Notes: generated from the sequence alone by a model not told the origin. DNA of 26,112 nt from an uncultured archaeon (GCA_964591795.1 CAZQEL010000014.1:1-26112), one strand, 5' to 3'. Positions 1 to 8,170 are shown, counted from the stretch's first letter. A program made the numbers and translations.

Positions 1-110
1 TCAGTATAAACTGATTTATAAACAACAAAAGTAACAAGTCCTAAAAAAATTAAAAATATAACTACAAAATAAAGAGTAGTAATTGTAATAATATATCCTT
101 TATTATTCAT
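1..110 (-). CDS. Partial (N-terminal part only) small pilin-like/membrane protein that runs off the left edge
   Basis: Absent from the ORF track because it is truncated. ATG at 110..108. Translation is MNNKGYIITITTLYFVVIFLIFLGLVTFVVYKSVYT...: a short basic N-terminus ending in KG, then ~22 hydrophobic residues. Its ATG overlaps the TGA of the upstream ORF (ATGA at 107..110), suggesting translational coupling. Confidence 0.4.
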   Translation of the reverse strand, partial: MNNKGYIITITTLYFVVIFLIFLGLVTFVVYKSVYT

Positions 111-622
111 TGCCACACCTTTAAATTTATTTGTTCAATGGTATTCATACTAGGATTTAAGCCTAAATAACTCTGAACATAATTTCGTTTTAAAATAGAT
201 CTATTTGTAACAATAGAAACATTAAAATCAATTTCATAAAAATGAGAAGTTGAGGCCATATTTAAAACATCTGTACATTCATTAATATTAAAAGTACTTG
301 TAGTTGGAGTTATTAAACATTTATAATTACTTGGAATTCCAAGATTTTCCTTTGTAAGTTCAGAATTATTTATTGCAAGACAACTAGGGATATTAAAACT
401 ATTACTGCTATCTTTTGCATAACAATTAATATTAGGATTATTTATAAGTCTTGTAAATGCAAGATTACCTATCATCTCAAATTCTTGATTAATACTATCT
501 GTATTTGTTTGATAAGTTCTTGCTTCAACTATATTAAACAATAAAAAAAACATAAGTATGACTAAAACAACTGAAAACAAAATGTCAATTGACATTATTT
601 GAGCTCTATTATTTTTAATCAT
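107..622 (-). CDS. Archaeal type IV pilin-like protein (class III signal peptide)
   Basis: ATG start. The N-terminus MIKNNRA|QIMSIDILFSVVLVILMFFLLF has a basic stretch, a small residue, Q at +1 and a hydrophobic helix, as in prepilin-peptidase substrates. The rest is N/S/T-rich with 4 Cys, typical of a secreted protein. It is the second of three tandem genes of this type. Confidence 0.55.
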   Translation of the reverse strand: MIKNNRAQIMSIDILFSVVLVILMFFLLFNIVEARTYQTNTDSINQEFEMIGNLAFTRLINNPNINCYAKDSSNSFNIPSCLAINNSELTKENLGIPSNYKCLITPTTSTFNINECTDVLNMASTSHFYEIDFNVSIVTNRSILKRNYVQSYLGLNPSMNTIEQINLKVWQ

Positions 623-642
623 AAATTATCTTTTTAAAAATA

Positions 643-1104
643 TTAATCACAAGAAACCATGCCATCTTGTAAAGTACAAGTTAAAGTATCACCACAAGAT
701 TTTATAATTGTTTTAGAAAAATTTATTTTTGTAAAATCAAAATTTACTTTTTTATTAATGGTTACAACATCATCATAGGTATAAGTATTCATTGTTAAAC
801 TACTTGAAGTAATATAAACATCACAAAATACATTTTTAGAAGGCACCCTTATCTCAGGAACATGAAAACTTATATTGAAATCAGATATATCTAAATCAAC
901 AGGATTATTTATTAATCCTTCTTGAACTTTTAAAAAAGAATGTAATGTATCTAAAATTAAACTTTCTTGTTCTATAATTTTAGTTGTTTCCAAAGTCTTT
1001 GCTGTGTCACCAGCAAGATTATTAAAAATACTCAAAAATATAATTAAAAATATAACAATTAAAATAACTTCAATTGAAGCTTGACCTTTATATTTTCTAA
1101 TCAT
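643..1104 (-). CDS. Archaeal type IV pilin-like protein (DUF361-style QxSxE motif)
   Basis: Internal ATG at 1104 gives MIRKYKG|QASIEVILIVIFLIIFLSIF. This matches the KGQxSxE class III signal-peptide pattern of archaeal pilins. The track start at 1155 would put 17 odd residues ahead of the signal peptide. The C-terminal part carries 4 Cys. Confidence 0.6.
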   Translation of the reverse strand: MIRKYKGQASIEVILIVIFLIIFLSIFNNLAGDTAKTLETTKIIEQESLILDTLHSFLKVQEGLINNPVDLDISDFNISFHVPEIRVPSKNVFCDVYITSSSLTMNTYTYDDVVTINKKVNFDFTKINFSKTIIKSCGDTLTCTLQDGMVSCD

Positions 1105-1245
1105 GAATATCAAAAACTTATCTTTAAATGTATATATTAAAATAGAATAAAACATTTATAAACATTAACTATTTGAACTAAAACAAAAACTAGTTATTTT
1201 TCATATAATTAAATTAATTAAAAAGAAAAAGAAAAAAAGAAAAAA

Positions 1246-1512
1246 TTAAAGTAAAGTTGACACTTCAATTTCAATATCTTTAACACCAGGAATTGCTTTA
1301 ATCATATCCTCTAGTTTATCTAAAAGACCATCAATTTTATCAGGGAAAACAACCCCAAGTTTAATAACTTTTAAACCAAATGCAATTGGTTCAAGTTCAA
1401 TTTTAACAATTTTAAAAGGTTCTTTAAAACCATTTTTTAAAGATAATTCTATTTTATCAATATCTTCAATTTCTTCAGGATATACCTTGTACACTGAAAG
1501 AATGTCACCCAT
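1246..1512 (-). CDS. ef1b: Translation elongation factor aEF-1 beta
   Basis: 88 aa with the family pattern MGD..VYKVYPE...EPIAFGLK...IPGV..IE. ATG preceded by AGAGGT. Sits downstream of the Zn-ribbon gene that usually accompanies it in archaea. Confidence 0.9.
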   Translation of the reverse strand: MGDILSVYKVYPEEIEDIDKIELSLKNGFKEPFKIVKIELEPIAFGLKVIKLGVVFPDKIDGLLDKLEDMIKAIPGVKDIEIEVSTLL

Positions 1513-1580
1513 AATTAATCTACCTCTTTAAATAAAAACTCTAAGATTTTTTTGAACTTTCTTAGACTATTTGTTTTTCA

Positions 1581-1611
1581 TTTAAATTGAAAAAAACATA
1601 TTCAATTTAAA
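1581..1611. repeat. Perfect 11-bp inverted repeat (hairpin) between the Zn-ribbon gene and ef1b
   Basis: tttaaattgaa (1581..1591), a 9-nt loop, then ttcaatttaaa (1601..1611). The arms are exact reverse complements. Confidence 0.5.
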
Positions 1612-1627
1612 CAAAATATTAATCCCC

Positions 1628-1783
1628 TTAAGGACCTATAAATGAACAATTAGGACACTTATACTTTTTTGTTGTAGATTTACATCTATTACATCTAATA
1701 ATTTCAACTTTACCACAACTTGGACATTTGAACTTAGTATAATCACTTGTAACTTCTATATTACAACTACTGCATCTTTCCAT
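1628..1783 (-). CDS. Small double Zn-ribbon protein (COG2888-type, translation-associated)
   Basis: 51 aa, below the ORF-track cutoff: MERCSSCNIEVTSDYTKFKCPSCGKVEIIRCNRCKSTTKKYKCPNCSFIGP. It has four CxxC pairs and GAGGTG 7 nt upstream of the ATG. Adjacency to aEF-1beta is conserved in archaea. Confidence 0.75.
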   Translation of the reverse strand: MERCSSCNIEVTSDYTKFKCPSCGKVEIIRCNRCKSTTKKYKCPNCSFIGP

Positions 1784-1871
1784 TATTATGCACCTCTTAA
1801 TTTTTAAAAAGAAAACCTTTTATTATATTAAATATATATAATAATTAAGAAACAATCATTTTTAAAACAGT

Positions 1872-1944
1872 GGGGTTGTAGCATAGTGGATAGTGCAGTT
1901 GGCTTCGGACCAACCGGTCGTGGGTTCAAATCCCACCAACCCCT
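1872..1944 (+). tRNA. tRNA-Arg (anticodon UCG)
   Basis: Folds by hand into a cloverleaf. Acceptor GGGGUUG/CAACCCC, D stem GCAU/GUGC, anticodon stem GUUGG/CCAAC with loop CUUCGGA, T arm GUGGG-UUCAAAU-CCCAC. No encoded CCA and no intron. It is a GC-rich island in AT-rich DNA. Confidence 0.9.
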
Positions 1945-1958
1945 TTAATTTTAAAAAA

Positions 1959-2633
1959 TTAGATTTCTTTTACTTCTAAAACATCAAAAACTAATACAAC
2001 TGGATTATTGAGAATACTACAGTCTATCTTTTTAAGTTCTTTTACTAACACATCAGGTGTACCTGTCAAAATATCCCATGTACCATAGTGCATTGGAATA
2101 ATTATTTTTGGTAAGAGTAATTTGACTGCATAAGCGGCTTCTTTTGGGCCCATATTAAATCTCCCATCTATTGGAAGCATAACTATGTTAGGATTATAAA
2201 GTTCTTTAATAATTTGCATATCAGAAAAAACATTAGTATCTCCTGCAAAATAAACTGTATTATCTTCAAATGTAATTATAAAACCTACAGGAACCCCATT
2301 AGTTGAAGAATGCTCAGCTTTTACAAAAGTAAAATTAACACCTTTATATTCAATTGTACCTCCAAGATTACCACCAATAGTAGAAACGCCAAATTTATTT
2401 AATTCCTGTGCAATATCAAAAATAGTAATAACTGGTGCACCAGTTTTTTTAGAAATCTCAATAGCATCACCCAAATGATCTTCATGATCATGAGTTACTA
2501 AAATTACATCTGCTTCAATACTCATTACATCCATTTTAATTAAAGGATTCTGAGTAATAAAAGGATCTAATAAAATTTTAAGATTATTATTTTCAATGGT
2601 AAAACAAGAATGTCCAAAATATTTAATTTTCAT
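1959..2633 (-). CDS. Metallo-beta-lactamase-fold metal-dependent hydrolase (UPF0173 family)
   Basis: MKIKYFGHSCF..., HxHxDH motif (THDHEDHLGD), AGDT and PMHYGTW. Length of 224 aa is typical of the archaeal UPF0173 family. Confidence 0.85.
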   Translation of the reverse strand: MKIKYFGHSCFTIENNNLKILLDPFITQNPLIKMDVMSIEADVILVTHDHEDHLGDAIEISKKTGAPVITIFDIAQELNKFGVSTIGGNLGGTIEYKGVNFTFVKAEHSSTNGVPVGFIITFEDNTVYFAGDTNVFSDMQIIKELYNPNIVMLPIDGRFNMGPKEAAYAVKLLLPKIIIPMHYGTWDILTGTPDVLVKELKKIDCSILNNPVVLVFDVLEVKEI

Positions 2634-3490
2634 AAAGATTTAAGCTCCAAATTTTTTTTTTTAATTTTAGTAATTATTGAAAAAGGACCAAAGAAATAAA
2701 CCTTTCCAAAACTAAATTTAACCAATACATCATTTAAATAAATTTTAAACCTAATAGATAAACTTCTTTCAAAATCCTTTAAAAGAAGAGACTTTAAAAT
2801 TTCAAAATTTTTTAATTGTAATTTAAAAGTAAAATTATTTTTTTTAACAAACACTTCATTAGATTCAAAAAAACTAATGGTTTGAGGATATTGATTTGAA
2901 CAATCAATTGTAAGTTCCTTAATATTATAAAGTTCAATTAAAAAATAAAAAGTTAAAAAAAGATTTTCATCAAGATTAAGTACAAAATAATCTTCAAAAT
3001 TTTCATTCTGTAAAATTTTTATGTGATTTGTAAGAACAGAAGAAATATATGTGTAATGAGCTACACTAGAATCTATTTCTTTTTTTAATATTTCAAGATC
3101 AGATATATAAAAACTAGATCCAGTTTTACCTGTTTTTAAAAAACTAACATCTTGTTTACTTCTTTCTAAAAAAATTTGTAGATTTTTAACAATATCATCA
3201 ACATGCTCTAAAGAACTTTTTTTTCTAGATTTATTTAAAAGCTCATTTATATTAATTAAAATTTTATTTTTTAATTTAGATTCAATTGTTTGACGTCCTT
3301 TTTCAGTTAAAAAATAATCATTTTTATTTTTTTCAATTTCACCAAAAGCAACTAAATTTTTTAAAGCTCTAGAAAGTGCAGCTTTAGCTGAATTAACACT
3401 AACATAGTTTGAAACCATCTTTGTTAAAAGATCATTATAATTTGTTTTCTTTTGACTTATTTGCAAAAGAATTGAATCTGATAAAGCCAT
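2630..3490 (-). CDS. Hypothetical protein with an N-terminal winged-HTH-like region and an unknown C-terminal domain
   Basis: The first ~70 aa (…YNDLLTKM…AKAALSRALKNLVAFGEIEK…YFLTEKGRQ) look like a wHTH. I recognise nothing in the remaining ~200 aa. Its TGA overlaps the ATG of the MBL hydrolase (ATGA at 2630..2633). Confidence 0.55.
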   Translation of the reverse strand: MALSDSILLQISQKKTNYNDLLTKMVSNYVSVNSAKAALSRALKNLVAFGEIEKNKNDYFLTEKGRQTIESKLKNKILININELLNKSRKKSSLEHVDDIVKNLQIFLERSKQDVSFLKTGKTGSSFYISDLEILKKEIDSSVAHYTYISSVLTNHIKILQNENFEDYFVLNLDENLFLTFYFLIELYNIKELTIDCSNQYPQTISFFESNEVFVKKNNFTFKLQLKNFEILKSLLLKDFERSLSIRFKIYLNDVLVKFSFGKVYFFGPFSIITKIKKKNLELKSL

Positions 3491-3651
3491 ATTTAATCAT
3501 TTTTAATAAATATACATGAAAAGAAAAGAATATAAGTGTTAACTTAATTAAAAAATAACAATTAAATGTTAATCTTAAAAAGAATAGTTTAAAAAGCCTT
3601 TTGCAAAATAAATACATATAACTTGTTAAATTTAAAAAAGAGGTGCAAAAT

Positions 3652-3861
3652 ATGTCAGAATTAGCAATAGCGGCAATTGATAGACTTATTAGAAAAGCAG
3701 GAGCTGAAAGAGTCTCTGAAGATGCTGCCGAAGAACTTGGTAAAATATTATCAGATGTGGCAATTGATATTTCAAAACAAGCAATTGAACTTGCAAGACA
3801 CGCAAAAAGAAAAACAGTTACTTCAGAAGATATTAAATTAGCAACAAAAACAATGCAATAA
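3652..3861 (+). CDS. Archaeal histone (HMf family, single histone fold)
   Basis: MSELAIAAIDRLIRKAGAERVSEDAAEELGKILSDVAIDISKQAIELARHAKRKTVTSEDIKLA aligns along its whole length with HMfB-type histones (AGAERVS, ARHA.RKT, EDI). GAGGTG at 3639..3644 favours the ATG at 3652 over the GTG at 3643. Confidence 0.92.
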   Translation: MSELAIAAIDRLIRKAGAERVSEDAAEELGKILSDVAIDISKQAIELARHAKRKTVTSEDIKLATKTMQ

Positions 3862-3879
3862 AGAAAAATTAATTTTTTT

Positions 3880-4716
3880 ATGAAAAAATACGATTTACAT
3901 ACACACACCCATTATTCAGATGGAGTGTTATCACCAATAGAACTTTTAAAAAAAGCAGAAAAACTAAAACTTACTGGTGTAGCAATAACAGATCATGATA
4001 GTATTGATGGTTTTTGTGAAATTTTTAAAGAAAGTAAAAAACACAATATAGAATTAATTCCAGGTGTTGAAATACAAGGACTTGAAACTGAAATACTTGG
4101 TTATTTTTTTAACAAAGAAGATAATGCATTAAATTTACTTCTTGAAAAACATAGAACACAAAGAAAAAAATATGTTTTTAAAAAAATTGAAGGTCTTTCA
4201 AATTATGGAATCGATATTGATTACAAAGAAGTTTTAAATAAATCTGGAGTTGGACAAAATCCAAATGCATATCATATAGCTAAAACAATAGTAGAAAAAG
4301 GATATGCTCAAGATATTGATTCTGCATTCAAAGAATATATAAGAAACATACCTGTAAGACTTGAAGTACCTCCAACAAGAGTAAAAAGAATAATTCAAAT
4401 TATTAAAGATGCTGGAGGAAAGGCAGTTTTACCCCATCCATGGTATCTTAAAAATTTTCAAAAATCAGAATTAGAATCATTTATTATTAAACTAGTTCAA
4501 GATGGTCTTTCTGGAATTGAAGTAATTGGATATATACCAGAGAAATTTAAAAATTTTAAAAATAACTCATTTATTGATAAAATTAAAGAACTAACCAAAA
4601 AATATGAACTTATTGAAACAGCTGGATCTGATTTTCATGGAGATAACACACATGAAAATAATATTTTAGGAAAATACACAACATCACAAAAAACAATTGA
4701 TCTTTTAAAAAAATAA
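3880..4716 (+). CDS. PHP-domain metal-dependent phosphoesterase (COG0613-like)
   Basis: N-terminal DLHTHTHYSDG and ITDHDS, C-terminal HP...GSDFHG. This is the standard PHP metal-ligand pattern. It lies 18 nt downstream of the histone gene. Confidence 0.85.
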   Translation: MKKYDLHTHTHYSDGVLSPIELLKKAEKLKLTGVAITDHDSIDGFCEIFKESKKHNIELIPGVEIQGLETEILGYFFNKEDNALNLLLEKHRTQRKKYVFKKIEGLSNYGIDIDYKEVLNKSGVGQNPNAYHIAKTIVEKGYAQDIDSAFKEYIRNIPVRLEVPPTRVKRIIQIIKDAGGKAVLPHPWYLKNFQKSELESFIIKLVQDGLSGIEVIGYIPEKFKNFKNNSFIDKIKELTKKYELIETAGSDFHGDNTHENNILGKYTTSQKTIDLLKK

Positions 4717-4720
4717 AAAT

Positions 4721-5620
4721 CTATTTTTTAAATCTATTTTTAATTACTTTTCTTGCTTTTTTATCTTGTGTTAATTTTTTCATATTATGTTTAAAATTAG
4801 TAATATTTGTTTTAACTTTTTTATTTGAATATGCCATTAAACTAGTTTTAATTTTAGATCCAACTTCAAACACATTATAGAATTCATTATAACTCGGATT
4901 TTTAGCTATCTTTTTTTGCAAATCAGAAAAGCTAATAAAGATATAATCAGATAGACCTGATGATGCTTTTTTAACAGAATGTGTAATTTTACCCTTTACA
5001 TTCTCTGAATTAATAACATAAACATCTAAAGTTTTTGGTTCCATACCTAAAATATTTGTTCCAATCTTTCCATATTTATTATAACCAGAATTACTTTTAA
5101 CTATTAAATTAACATTTTTACTTTTAAATTTGGCTTTTATAAACTTAAAAGCACCAGAAGATATGGCTCTTAGAAAACCATCATAGGTTTTATCACATAC
5201 TGATGAAAATTTTTTGAAAAAAACTTTATTTGTAATTACTCCATTTTTAATTCTTAAAACATCAATTAAAGGATTAAACTTAGGATTTATTTTTTTATTA
5301 AAAGATGCAAGTTCTAAAAATAATTCTAACTGAGAAATATTCAAAGTAGATAACTCCTTTTTAAGTTTTAAATTAAACTCTTCACTATAGTTATTTAATA
5401 AATTTAAATAATCATTTAAAACAGATATTGAAATTCCCTGTTTAAAACTCACCTTTTTTGAATAATGAGAAAAAATAATATCTAAATGAGGTAAAATACT
5501 ATTTTTACAAAAATCAACATTATGTTTTGATACGAATAAATCACATTCATTATTAGCATTAGGAATTATAGAAATTGAATTATCTTCTTTTGAGCTTGCG
5601 TGTAAATAATAATTAATCAT
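4721..5620 (-). CDS. Hypothetical protein (299 aa) with a lysine-rich C-terminal tail
   Basis: Long uninterrupted ORF with an ATG start, 14 nt downstream of cmk on the same strand. I recognise no motif. Confidence 0.55.
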   Translation of the reverse strand: MINYYLHASSKEDNSISIIPNANNECDLFVSKHNVDFCKNSILPHLDIIFSHYSKKVSFKQGISISVLNDYLNLLNNYSEEFNLKLKKELSTLNISQLELFLELASFNKKINPKFNPLIDVLRIKNGVITNKVFFKKFSSVCDKTYDGFLRAISSGAFKFIKAKFKSKNVNLIVKSNSGYNKYGKIGTNILGMEPKTLDVYVINSENVKGKITHSVKKASSGLSDYIFISFSDLQKKIAKNPSYNEFYNVFEVGSKIKTSLMAYSNKKVKTNITNFKHNMKKLTQDKKARKVIKNRFKK

Positions 5621-5634
5621 ATTTTTTTCAAAAA

Positions 5635-6204
5635 TTATAGTTTATTTTTAATAAAAGCTAAAGTACATTCAAATACTTCTTGCATATTCAAATTAGTTGT
5701 ATCTAAAACATAATCAAAAACAGATAAATCCTTACCAAAATCAAAACCATAAATTGCTCTATAATGGGTTATATTAAAATTATCTTTTTTATTCAAATGT
5801 TTTAGTGCTTCATTATAAGTCATTACATCTCTTTTAGACATCCTATCTACTCTAACTTTTTTTGTAGCATTAAGCCAAATTTTAATAACACCTTTTTTCT
5901 TTTTCAAAAGATAGGGTAGAGTTGATGAATCTAAAATTAAATTGGTATTTTTATTTACTAAAGATAATAAATATTTATCTAAATTTTTATCAAAAGAAAA
6001 ATCGTTTTTTCTAAGTTCAATTAAATTTGACCTTTCATACCAACCTTTATTCATTTTAGTTTTAATACTAATTTGAGTTTTATTAGTAGTAAATTGTTTT
6101 AAAATATCTGATGTATAAACAATTTTATACTTAAGTTTTTTTGAAACAAACCTAGCCACATAGCTTTTTCCTGAAGCTGAATACCCACAAATTAATATTA
6201 TCAT
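5635..6204 (-). CDS. cmk: Cytidylate kinase, archaeal type (P-loop NMP kinase)
   Basis: Walker A at the N-terminus (MIILICGYSASGKS). The C-terminal half, IWLNATKKVRVDRMSKRD...YRAIYGFDFGKDLSVFDYVLDTT, matches the archaeal Cmk pattern (IW..AP.EVRA.R...R...Y...Y.ID..D.S.YDLVIDT). Confidence 0.7.
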   Translation of the reverse strand: MIILICGYSASGKSYVARFVSKKLKYKIVYTSDILKQFTTNKTQISIKTKMNKGWYERSNLIELRKNDFSFDKNLDKYLLSLVNKNTNLILDSSTLPYLLKKKKGVIKIWLNATKKVRVDRMSKRDVMTYNEALKHLNKKDNFNITHYRAIYGFDFGKDLSVFDYVLDTTNLNMQEVFECTLAFIKNKL

Positions 6205-6306
6205 ATATTATCAAATAAATATAAAGATAAAAAGATTTATAAACTAATATATTAGTATATTTATATTTACTTCAATCTGGGACAAAAATATGGAGCGGAA
6301 TACAAC

Positions 6307-6723
6307 ATGGTAAATTATAAAGATTCTTTAAATAATTTTAAAAAAATTGGAAAAATAAACACTGCTTGTGAAGAATTACACATAACAAAAGCTTTTTCTA
6401 TTAAATTAATTAAAAAAATATTAGGTAGATGTAAAAGATTAAAAATAATCACATTATCTAAATCTACAAAAAATAGAATGGGAATTAAGACAAAAAGCTT
6501 ATTAAGAAGTAAAAAAATTGGGTTACAAATTAAAAATGAACAAGGAAGACCAATTGATATTACTGCAAGTAAGATTAAAAAAATATTTGAAATGCATAAA
6601 GATTTTTCATACAGAGAGCTTGAAGAAAAATTAAAAGTTCCTAAAAGTACAATACACTATTTAATAAAAAAAGCAAAGAAAAAAAAAATAAAAAAAGGAA
6701 ACAAGATTATTTATTTAAAATAA
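6307..6723 (+). CDS. Small lysine-rich protein with a resolvase-like HTH
   Basis: FSYRELEEKLKVPKSTIHYLIKKAKK resembles an HTH_7/resolvase-type helix-turn-helix. A second HTH-like stretch lies near the N-terminus (INTACEELHITKAFSIKLIKK). It is a stand-alone gene on the opposite strand to its neighbours. Confidence 0.5.
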   Translation: MVNYKDSLNNFKKIGKINTACEELHITKAFSIKLIKKILGRCKRLKIITLSKSTKNRMGIKTKSLLRSKKIGLQIKNEQGRPIDITASKIKKIFEMHKDFSYRELEEKLKVPKSTIHYLIKKAKKKKIKKGNKIIYLK

Positions 6724-6743
6724 TCTTCTATTTTAGTTAAAAA

Positions 6744-7097
6744 TTAAGCAATACCTTCAACACTAGGATCTTCTTTAACTGGAGAAGGTTCTTTTTTTGT
6801 TTCTTTTGAAAGTTCATTTAATCTTTTAACAGTATCGCTTTCTTGTTTTTCAACAGTTTTAAGTCTTAATTCAACAGTTTCTTTTGTTTCTTTTGTTTGT
6901 TTTAAAACGTCAGACTTATCTGAAAGAATAAACACATTACCAACACCTTTGTAAACTCTTGTTTCTTTTGTATTTTCAAGTTCTTTTAATGTATTTTCTA
7001 AAACAGTAACTTGAACATTTAATTGTTGTTTTTGTTGAGATAAATACATTAATTGTTGTCTATATGTGTTTATCATTGTTGCATTTTTATCACTCAT
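6744..7097 (-). CDS. pfdB: Prefoldin beta subunit
   Basis: 117 aa in coiled-coil / beta-hairpin / coiled-coil order (…VYKGVGNVFI…). It occupies the terminal position of the exosome superoperon. ATGA overlap with Pcc1. Confidence 0.85.
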   Translation of the reverse strand: MSDKNATMINTYRQQLMYLSQQKQQLNVQVTVLENTLKELENTKETRVYKGVGNVFILSDKSDVLKQTKETKETVELRLKTVEKQESDTVKRLNELSKETKKEPSPVKEDPSVEGIA

Positions 7098-7324
7098 AGT
7101 TCCACCTCATAAATTTTAGATATTAGTTCTAAAAGATTTATATAATTATTAACTGTCGCTTTAAAGGCAATTAAATCTTTAGCATAAATTTCAATAACTA
7201 ATATTGAATCTTTAATATATATTTTTGAATCAGACCTATTATATTTCTTTCTATCCATTTCAAGATCTAAAAGTTTCTTTAAGTTTAAAGGATTACTTGA
7301 TTTAATTTCAAGTTTAGTTGACAT
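7094..7324 (-). CDS. pcc1: KEOPS subunit Pcc1 (CTAG/Pcc1 family)
   Basis: ~76 aa. DLIAFKATVNNYINLLELISKI matches the Pcc1 signature (DL.ALRA.LNSYLR.L). The track start at 7339 is a TTG, so I prefer the ATG at 7324. The position between Brix and prefoldin beta is conserved. Confidence 0.75.
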   Translation of the reverse strand: MSTKLEIKSSNPLNLKKLLDLEMDRKKYNRSDSKIYIKDSILVIEIYAKDLIAFKATVNNYINLLELISKIYEVEL

Positions 7325-7331
7325 TAATTCT

Positions 7332-7802
7332 TTAATCAAATTTAGTCACAGTTAAAATTTTAAATTTAAAACCCAAATAAAATTCATCTTCTAAAAAAGA
7401 ATAAATATTTTCATCAGACAAAAACAATTGGTATTTAGCTTTTGCAGAAATATTTTTTTTTGGTAGAAAATAAAATACTTTTTTATTATCCAAAATTAAA
7501 TTATTAATAGATTTAATATATGAAAAATATTTTAAGTGTCTTAAATCAATAATTTCAATTAAATATTCTCTATCTAAAAAAAAATTATTTTCCCTAAAAA
7601 CATACATTGATAAAATAACATTTCTTTGATTAAAAGATGATTCAAGAAAATATTGATGTCCAAAATATTTTGCTTTTTCAAAAAATTTAAACAGAGGAGT
7701 TTTACCTCTCGGAATAAAATTAACCCCTGGTAAATATTTCGAAAGATATTTTGAAAATCTTTTTGATAAAATATTTGATTTTCTCGAAGTTGTTATAAAC
7801 AT
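7332..7802 (-). CDS. Brix-domain (Imp4-like) ribosome biogenesis protein
   Basis: The N-terminus MFITTSRKSN...RF...L...IPRGK matches the archaeal Brix consensus (M.ITTSRKPS.R.R.F...L....RGK). Size and superoperon position fit. Confidence 0.8.
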   Translation of the reverse strand: MFITTSRKSNILSKRFSKYLSKYLPGVNFIPRGKTPLFKFFEKAKYFGHQYFLESSFNQRNVILSMYVFRENNFFLDREYLIEIIDLRHLKYFSYIKSINNLILDNKKVFYFLPKKNISAKAKYQLFLSDENIYSFLEDEFYLGFKFKILTVTKFD

Positions 7803-7804
7803 AT

Positions 7805-7933
7805 TTAGTAAGCTTTTATTTTCTTTGAGACAGGTTCTCTTTTTTTATAAAAAATTCTAGAATTACAAATACCACATTTATCATTTTCTGGAATTTCTGG
7901 GTACTCTGTCTTACATCTTGCACAATAATACAT
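7805..7933 (-). CDS. rpoP: DNA-directed RNA polymerase subunit P (Rpo12)
   Basis: 42 aa, below the ORF-track cutoff: MYYCARCKTEYPEIPENDKCGICNSRIFYKKREPVSKKIKAY. Two CxxC pairs and the C..C..RI..K.R pattern. The slot between L37ae and Brix is conserved. Confidence 0.75.
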   Translation of the reverse strand: MYYCARCKTEYPEIPENDKCGICNSRIFYKKREPVSKKIKAY

Positions 7934-7945
7934 TATTTTTCACCT

Positions 7946-8170
7946 TTATTTTTTTGAAGAAAGATTGTATGCAGCTCCAGCGATTTGAGTTTTACATTTT
8001 GAGCATTTATAAATTGCAGAATCTTTTTTAGTTATTTTTCCTTTATATCCACAATTAGGACATACATAAGATGCTTTATCAGTTTTAGTTGCCAAAAGAT
8101 ATTTTTGTCTAATACCTCTTCCAGCTCTAACACCAAATTTACCGGTTTCTTTTACTTTTTTTGTTGCCAT
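7946..8170 (-). CDS. rpl37ae: Ribosomal protein L37ae (eL43)
   Basis: MATKKVKETGKFGVRAGRGIRQK...CPNCG...CSKC...AGAAY. The track start at 8176 is a TTG; the ATG at 8170 follows a GTGAT box. Confidence 0.92.
   Translation of the reverse strand: MATKKVKETGKFGVRAGRGIRQKYLLATKTDKASYVCPNCGYKGKITKKDSAIYKCSKCKTQIAGAAYNLSSKK

Noticed and set aside
1105-1155. 17-residue N-terminal extension of the second pilin-like ORF (track start at 1155)
   Set aside because: It would bury the class III signal peptide. The ATG at 1104 gives the canonical MIRKYKGQ N-terminus.
3435-3908. 157-aa minus-strand ORF
   Set aside because: It lies antisense to the well-supported histone gene and spans the divergent promoter region and the PHP start. 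Its hydrophobic, low-complexity translation is typical of the shadow of an AT-rich gene.
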